Made by a program: the position numbers and the translations under genes. Below, piece after piece: positions 27,401 through 32,000 of a stretch of DNA of 32,000 bases. Below the pieces are notes generated by a model. It was not told where the DNA came from. It saw only the letters and a list, made by a program, of their open reading frames with translations, and searched no databases. This DNA comes from Psychrobacter sp. DM4. Its GTDB lineage: Bacteria; Pseudomonadota; Gammaproteobacteria; Pseudomonadales; Moraxellaceae. How positions within the stretch are numbered: position 1 is the first letter of the stretch; every line of letters begins with the position of its first letter. Location: positions 570,001 through 602,000 of the forward strand of contig NZ_CP195536.1 in NCBI RefSeq assembly GCF_051307035.1, written 5' to 3'.

Positions 27401-27698
27401 TTGGGCTGGGAATGATGCTGGGGTCGTTTTGGGAACGGCATTGGCCATCAAGATGATTGCCTATGTTGGCGTAGCACCAATTGCAGCGGCCTTCACGCCG
27501 ACTTTTTAGGCTACTATTCCTGATGTTCTGCCTAATGAGAAGGATTACACTAAAACTTTGTCACTCTCACGTCTCGCGTACGATATGGAAAGTCTGGTCA
27601 TGCCCATGCCACTGGATATGCTACGCCTAACGGAATACGCCACACACCCTTTCGTCGTCGATGACTATCACCCTCGTTGGCCAAGTTCAGGTCGGTGA
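27342..27698 (+). pseudogene. Transporter-like (MFS-like) gene fragments with an in-frame TAG
   Basis: One frame reads IIALIGTGLATVALGLLAFDWAGNDAGVVLGTALAIKMIAYVGVAPIAAAFTPTF*ATIPDVLPNEKDYTKTLSLSRLAYDMESLVMPMPLDMLRLTEYATHPFVVDDYHPRWPSSGR*, with the TAG at 27507-27509. The TM-like and loop segments resemble MFS transporters, but only about 118 codons remain. The family assignment is by eye only. Confidence 0.4.
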
Positions 27699-27730
27699 GT
27701 TTACATTTATAAAAAGAGTACCATTTTATT

Positions 27731-28279
27731 ATGTTAGAGATACTGTTACTGGCGCTAGCACTAGCCGCAGACGCGTTTGCTGCTTCAATCGGTCTTGGCT
27801 CAACTCACAAAAACGATGTTAAGTCGCAGTTTATAAAAATGGCATTATTCATTGGCTTGTATTTTGGAGTTGCTCAGGGGGTGATGCCGCTGATTGGTTA
27901 TGCACTTGGCTCTACCTTGCTTGGCTGGTTTGCTGAAGGAGCTTCTTGGGTAGCCTTTGTCATACTGGTAGCGCTTGGGATTAAGATGCTTTATGAGTCG
28001 CGCTCCGTTAACGATGACGATACTCGGATTAATGTAAGTCATAAAACACTGCTGTCGTTAGCCATAGCTACCAGTCTTGATGCAATGGGCGCAGGCTTTA
28101 CTTTGAATCTATTGCCTGTTAATGCTTATTTAGCATGTTTAATTATTGCACTGACGACCACTATCTTAAGTATTTTAGGGGCTTATATAGGACGCCAGTC
28201 AGGAACTTGGCTCGGTAGTTGGGCAGAGGCGCTAGGCGGTTTGGTGCTGATAGCAATCGGTGTGAATATGGTGGTTTGA
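27731..28279 (+). CDS. mntP: Manganese efflux pump MntP (DUF204 x2)
   Basis: [18 protein letters not shown] and [14 protein letters not shown] are the two DUF204 half-motifs. 182 aa with six TM helices. Confidence 0.85.
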   Translation: MLEILLLALALAADAFAASIGLGSTHKNDVKSQFIKMALFIGLYFGVAQGVMPLIGYALGSTLLGWFAEGASWVAFVILVALGIKMLYESRSVNDDDTRINVSHKTLLSLAIATSLDAMGAGFTLNLLPVNAYLACLIIALTTTILSILGAYIGRQSGTWLGSWAEALGGLVLIAIGVNMVV

Positions 28280-28505
28280 GATATTTTAAATATACTTTCC
28301 AGAAAGTTGTATTCTCAAAAAAAGCCAACAGCAAAGATAAGCTATTTTAGAGATTCAACTACTTATCAGTCTAATGAATTGTAAACAGTGACGTTACGTG
28401 AGTATGGGTTTGAGAGGATTTATGAAGAGCAAACACGCATAGAGTTAGCCAGTATGCTTTTGAGAATCGAACAATATATATCGTATGACATAGAGAGTTG
28501 CAAGA

Positions 28506-29696
28506 TTATTTTTCCCAACCATATACTATATCTATAGTACGTAAATGATCTATTGTCTTTGAAGATAGATTAACAAATGGATTACCGTTAAGATTAATCC
28601 ATTCTAAATTAGTGAGCTGAAAAAAACTGTCAGGTAAATCACCAAGCTTACAGTTAGAAAGGTTAACCTTAGTTAAATTACTGAGCTGACTAATACTGTC
28701 AGGCAAATCTCTAAGATCACAATTAATAAGATTAAGCTCAATTAGCTTAGTAAGCTGACCAATACTATCTGGCAGATGTTTAAGTTCACAGTGTATAAGA
28801 TCGAGTCTAGTTAAATGAGTAAGTTGTCCAATACTGTCAGGTAGCTGTTTGAGCTTGCAATGACTGATAAAAAGCTCAGTCAGATTACGGCTTTGCCCAA
28901 TGCTATCCGGTAATTCTTTAAGCGGACAATGATTAATATAAAGCTTATTTAAGTTTGTAAGCTGACCTATGCTATCTGGTAAATATCTAAGTTCACAGTG
29001 AATAAGATCAAGCTCAATAAGGTTAGTAAGTTTACTAATACTATCTGGCAGATGTTTAAGCCCACAATAGCTAATAAAGAGCTTCGTAAGATTGTGGAGT
29101 TGACCAATGCTGACAGGCAGTTCCCTAAGCTCACAATGCATAAGATCAAGTATCGTAAGGTTGCTAAGCTGCCCAATACTGTAGGGCAGGCAACGAAGCT
29201 GACAGCGACTAATAAAAAGCTTACTGAGGTTCGTAAGTTGACTGATACTCTCAGGCAGTTCTTTCAGCTTACTTTCATCAATAAATAGTTCGGTAAGGTT
29301 ACTGAGTTGTCCGATACTATCAGGTAATGCTACAAGATTAGAGTGACTAATAGAAAGTCTAGTCAGGTTCGTAAGTTGGCCTATGTTCTGCGGTAAATGC
29401 TTTGAGCGGATGCCACTAAGATTTATTTCTATGAGATTGGTAAGATTGGTGAGTTCATCGGGTACATAGTCCATTCTATAGACATCCCTAGAGTGCTGTT
29501 CGTCTAAATCAGGTTCTAGGATCTCTAGCTTTTTCATAGCTAGTAATGCTTTTTTCTCCCGAGGCACTTCAGAGCCCAGTAACTCAAAATTGTCTGCCCA
29601 TTCCCATATTTTCTTAATCCAACTATCATCTAAGGTCAAAGATTCATCTGAGGTACTAGCCTTAAACACTCCTTTATCATTATTGTTTTGAGTCAT
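28506..29696 (-). CDS. Leucine-rich repeat protein (13 x 23-aa LRRs), no signal peptide
   Basis: Repeats of the type LPDSIGQLTNLT(x)L(x)L(x)HC(x)L(x)x. The track start 29732 is a TTG. ATG 29696 (MTQNNNDKG) has a GAAGGTAGTGAG SD region. Confidence 0.85.
   Translation of the reverse strand: MTQNNNDKGVFKASTSDESLTLDDSWIKKIWEWADNFELLGSEVPREKKALLAMKKLEILEPDLDEQHSRDVYRMDYVPDELTNLTNLIEINLSGIRSKHLPQNIGQLTNLTRLSISHSNLVALPDSIGQLSNLTELFIDESKLKELPESISQLTNLSKLFISRCQLRCLPYSIGQLSNLTILDLMHCELRELPVSIGQLHNLTKLFISYCGLKHLPDSISKLTNLIELDLIHCELRYLPDSIGQLTNLNKLYINHCPLKELPDSIGQSRNLTELFISHCKLKQLPDSIGQLTHLTRLDLIHCELKHLPDSIGQLTKLIELNLINCDLRDLPDSISQLSNLTKVNLSNCKLGDLPDSFFQLTNLEWINLNGNPFVNLSSKTIDHLRTIDIVYGWEK
28566..29456 (-). 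repeat. 69-bp coding tandem repeats (LRR units)
   Basis: A 23-codon periodicity is visible in both DNA and protein. The repeats generate the spurious alternative-frame ORFs 28967..29176 and 28998..29288. Confidence 0.85.
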
Positions 29697-30229
29697 AGTC
29701 TCACTACCTTCTATATCAATAAAACCTGTCAAATATTCAGTCTAATCAAATAAAACCATTATATCTACTGATCAAGCCCAGAAAGCTATTTAATCATTGT
29801 CAATTGAGATGACTACATTCGACGATTTTAGTAATTAGGACATTAATTCAAACCATCGCTTAGCGTTAAAGCTACTTCTTCAGTTTAGCCTAATTGTTCA
29901 ACGCTTCGCGTGTAGTATCAAGCAAATCTGCGACGTTATTGACGACATAAGACAGATAAGCAGTTATGCAAGAGATATGGGTATACTAGATAAGCTAGGC
30001 TATCATAAGGTAAAGGAGCAGTTGTCAAAGGTTGTCAGCTGTGTTGTTATCTACACTGATCAAGATCAGGAATATAAGCTGCCAAACAGTTTAACCATTG
30101 GCAAATCGATTGAAGGCTTTACTAAATTCTATAAGGTACCGATTGCTGTTCCTGTGCTTAAAAATCAGACTTCCTTATAAACAATATCGTCAAATGGGAT
30201 TAGTTACCACAACCAACTTTCAACAATCT

Positions 30230-30275
30230 TGGTCACAAAATGGTCACCGTTTGGTCACCGAGCAGGTGGTCACCG
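30230..30275 (+). repeat. Four phased direct repeats TGGTCAC(CG) (iteron-like)
   Basis: TGGTCACAA at 30230; TGGTCACCG at 30241, 30252 and 30267. Start-to-start spacing is 11, 11 and 15 bp. Confidence 0.75.
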
Positions 30276-30410
30276 ATTTTCAAAAGATAGAGCGCATGCG
30301 CAAAAACTTATCATTCATACATTGTTAAAGAGTAGACTATTTCGTAAATGTCAACCTAGGGGAAACATACAGTCCTTATAAATAAAGGCTTTAAGAGGAG
30401 GTTTAGACAC

Positions 30411-30441
30411 AAAAAAACCTCAAACAATATAATGCTTGAGG
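30411..30441 (-). terminator. Rho-independent terminator immediately downstream of the tRNA fragment
   Basis: On the minus strand: CCTCAA, loop GCATTATATTGT, TTGAGG, followed by TTTTTTT. Confidence 0.7.
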
Positions 30442-30473
30442 CAAAACTTGACTAAAACTTAAGTTTTAAATAG

Positions 30474-30518
30474 TGGTGCGCTCGACAGGGATCGAACCTG
30501 TGACCCTCGGCTTCGGAG
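30474..30518 (-). pseudogene. 3'-terminal 45 nt of a tRNA-Arg(CCG)-type gene; putative att core
   Basis: The minus strand reads CTCCGAA (anticodon loop CU-CCG-AA), GCCGA, GGGTC, ACAGG-TTCGATC-CCTGT (T arm), CGAGCGC-A-CCA. Upstream sequence cannot pair with either the anticodon-stem 3' strand (needs TCGGC, has AGACT) or the acceptor strand (needs GCGCTCG). Confidence 0.75.
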
Positions 30519-30552
30519 AGTCTAGGCCGTCTAGCTATAACTATTTACACTA

Positions 30553-31368
30553 TTATTCAATCAACGATAAAGCAGCCACGTATTGAGCATAATCTAAATG
30601 CGCGTAACGCATAGTGCTGTCGATGTCACCATGTCCTAGCAGATCCTTAACCGTATAAATACCAACGCCATTTTGCACCAACCACGACGCATAAGTATGT
30701 CTTAAATCATACATAGTGCATACGACACCTGCGCGCTTTTTGCACCTGTTAAAGCTCTTTGATAGGCTCTGGTAACGATCATTTGTACGTTTATTAGTGA
30801 AAACATAACGATCTGAGCGTGTTTTATTTTTTAACACATTAAATGCGGTATCATTTAAATACTTGTACATCGTCCTTTTGCTTTTGCTGTAGTAATTCCT
30901 CACTACAAACTGCCTTTTATCAAGATGCACATTTGACCATTCAAGCGTTAATAACTCGATAGGCCTACAGCCTGTCATCGTCAGCAGTACAATAAAATCA
31001 TGCAAATCTTGGTTGCGTGTTACCAATGCAGAGATAAGCAGCTTATTGTACTGCTCTTTATTTAGATAATTTGCTATATAGTCCTCCTCAATAAACTTTA
31101 CCTTATTAAATGGATTATTTAATTTAATCTCATAATCTTCTCTGACTCGATTTATCGCTGCTCTTGCAAAACTACACTCACGGTTTATAGTGCTATTGGA
31201 GACAGTGACGCGCCTTAGCTGTGCATACTCTTTTACGTCTTTTTTGCGTAAATCCTTTAAATCATAGGCATCAAAAAAGCGCAGGTTATGCGCTCGGTAA
31301 TGATACTTATGCTTTGTTAAATGATAATCTTGGTAATACTCGATAACCTCTGATAATTTAGTAAACAT
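30553..31368 (-). CDS. int: Tyrosine recombinase / phage-type integrase (small, 271 aa)
   Basis: Catalytic signature TGCRPIELLTLEW (Arg), YDLRHTYASWL (His-x-x-Arg), LLGHGDIDSTMRYAHL (His, Tyr). The stop codon lies 34 nt from the tRNA fragment on the same strand. Confidence 0.9.
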   Translation of the reverse strand: MFTKLSEVIEYYQDYHLTKHKYHYRAHNLRFFDAYDLKDLRKKDVKEYAQLRRVTVSNSTINRECSFARAAINRVREDYEIKLNNPFNKVKFIEEDYIANYLNKEQYNKLLISALVTRNQDLHDFIVLLTMTGCRPIELLTLEWSNVHLDKRQFVVRNYYSKSKRTMYKYLNDTAFNVLKNKTRSDRYVFTNKRTNDRYQSLSKSFNRCKKRAGVVCTMYDLRHTYASWLVQNGVGIYTVKDLLGHGDIDSTMRYAHLDYAQYVAALSLIE

Positions 31369-31406
31369 AATCTAATCTCCTACACGCGAAATTGCGCGCG
31401 CATAGA

Positions 31407-31934
31407 CTAACTATTATCGACTATAGGCGGCGGTGGATTATTTATATAATCTACGTCATCGGCGCTTGAAACTGGATTGCTGGACGCATTAGAATTAAAA
31501 TTACTATTCTGTGGAGACTGTGCGCGCTGTACTGTGCGCTTATGCGGCCTTGTCTCTGGATTAAGCAACATGCTCATACATTTATCATGCGGTATATTTA
31601 GGCCGTCGCCGTACATGTTAAAAGCCATGCACTTATCACCACTTGCCATAATACTATCGGGCCTTATGGCGTCATGCTCTGCTACGTCAACGGTATAATC
31701 ATCTAAATACTTTTTATAGAGTGCTAATAGCTCGGCATCTGTCAGACCATCGACAGTGGGCAGATCAGGCGCAGAACTAGAACCCCCTGTGATAGTCTCG
31801 ACGTTATCGGTTGTCTCGTTCATCATTTCATCACCGCGATCTTCTGCACCTGCTATAAAGCCGTAAACCTTACCAACGCCCCAAATACCAGCAGGTATAG
31901 CAACGAGGATTAAGAAGACGACTACACCTATCAT
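31407..31934 (-). CDS. Hypothetical membrane-anchored protein upstream of int (element cargo)
   Basis: TM helix (IGVVVFLILVAIPAGIWGV), acidic linker, Cys-containing middle, and an S/N/P-rich tail. The reading frame stays open upstream to the window end, so the N-terminus may lie beyond 32000. Confidence 0.55.
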   Translation of the reverse strand: MIGVVVFLILVAIPAGIWGVGKVYGFIAGAEDRGDEMMNETTDNVETITGGSSSAPDLPTVDGLTDAELLALYKKYLDDYTVDVAEHDAIRPDSIMASGDKCMAFNMYGDGLNIPHDKCMSMLLNPETRPHKRTVQRAQSPQNSNFNSNASSNPVSSADDVDYINNPPPPIVDNS

Positions 31935-32000
31935 GATTTTAACTTTTTTAGGTATAGACTTCTTTTGGTCATGGGTGGCCCCATCATCTACAGATTTATA

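Larger units (their letters stand above)
30474..32000 (-). mobile_element. End of an integrative element (att core + int + cargo), continuing beyond the right window edge
   Basis: A partial tRNA 3' end is directly preceded, in tRNA orientation, by an integrase gene and unrelated small ORFs. A terminator follows on the other side of the core. Confidence 0.55.

Noticed and set aside
27698-27730. yybP-ykoY Mn riboswitch upstream of mntP
   Set aside because: Only about 32 bp separate mntP from the upstream debris ORF, and the preceding sequence reads as coding remnants rather than the riboswitch four-helix core.
28566-29456. Regular 69-bp DNA periodicity as a possible CRISPR array or non-coding satellite
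   Set aside because: The repeats are contiguous with no unique spacers. They lie in one long open frame and encode a clean 23-aa LRR consensus.
29977-30328. Small ORFs 29977..30180 (67 aa) and 30098..30328 (76 aa) as real genes
   Set aside because: They have no convincing SD, no motifs, and overlap each other. The second is largely the translation of the TGGTCACCG iterons. They are left unannotated, although the first cannot be excluded.
30396-30441. Two mutually exclusive hairpins (GAGGTTT...AAACCTC and CCTCAA...TTGAGG) as an attenuator
   Set aside because: The second hairpin plus the T7 run on the minus strand is fully explained as a simple terminator after the tRNA fragment. No leader peptide or regulated gene is positioned to use an attenuator.
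30474-30550. An intact 76-77 nt tRNA gene on the minus strand
   Set aside because: Only the 3' 45 nt fold as tRNA. There is no GCGCTCG to pair with the acceptor 3' strand and no TCGGC for the anticodon stem. The TAGCTAGACGGCCTAGA stretch only loosely resembles a D arm.

Overview
This is 32 kb of AT-rich gammaproteobacterial chromosome. The protein style looks Moraxellaceae/Psychrobacter-like, but that is inference only because no database search was possible.

Gene order from left to right:
- An edge-truncated P-loop NTPase and a vapBC module, all on the minus strand.
- metH.
- Two tandem FAS1 (fasciclin) lipoproteins with Met-rich linkers.
- An alanine/glycine:cation symporter.
- An ORF-free gap of about 840 bp.
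- A lemA-TPM-TPM operon.
- A stump of about 85 codons from an adenosine/adenine deaminase gene, ending at a bidirectional terminator.
- The cobB sirtuin and a small membrane-anchored ORF.
- A copper-homeostasis island of about 9 kb. copS-copR is divergent from a secreted His/Gln repeat protein, a Met-rich small protein, a cytochrome c with a Met/Asp tail, DUF411/CopG, the Tat-dependent multicopper oxidase CopA, CopB, a DUF305 membrane protein and a glutaredoxin::MauE fusion. The island runs straight into tatABC.
- An orphan ATP-grasp-like gene convergent with a membrane protein.
- About 0.8 kb of gene debris: an ATP-grasp paralogue tail and a truncated CsoR/RcnR-family repressor fused to transporter-like fragments.
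- mntP.
- A 13-repeat leucine-rich-repeat protein.
- At the right edge, a 45-nt tRNA-Arg 3' fragment abutting a tyrosine integrase. This is one end of an integrative element that continues past the window.

No CRISPR array, rRNA or intact tRNA was seen.

The best candidates for something undescribed:
1. The copR-proximal part of the copper island. It has two uncharacterised secreted proteins whose predicted mature N-termini both start with His. A perfect 30-bp palindrome there carries an exact E. coli-type CusR-box core. The cluster lacks copC/copD but has a redox-flavoured accessory set.
2. The Cys-substituted LRR protein next to the integration hotspot, together with a set of phased TGGTCACCG iterons.
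3. The vapBC plus STAND-like NTPase at the left edge.

All functional calls rest on motifs read by eye and need HMM/BLAST confirmation.
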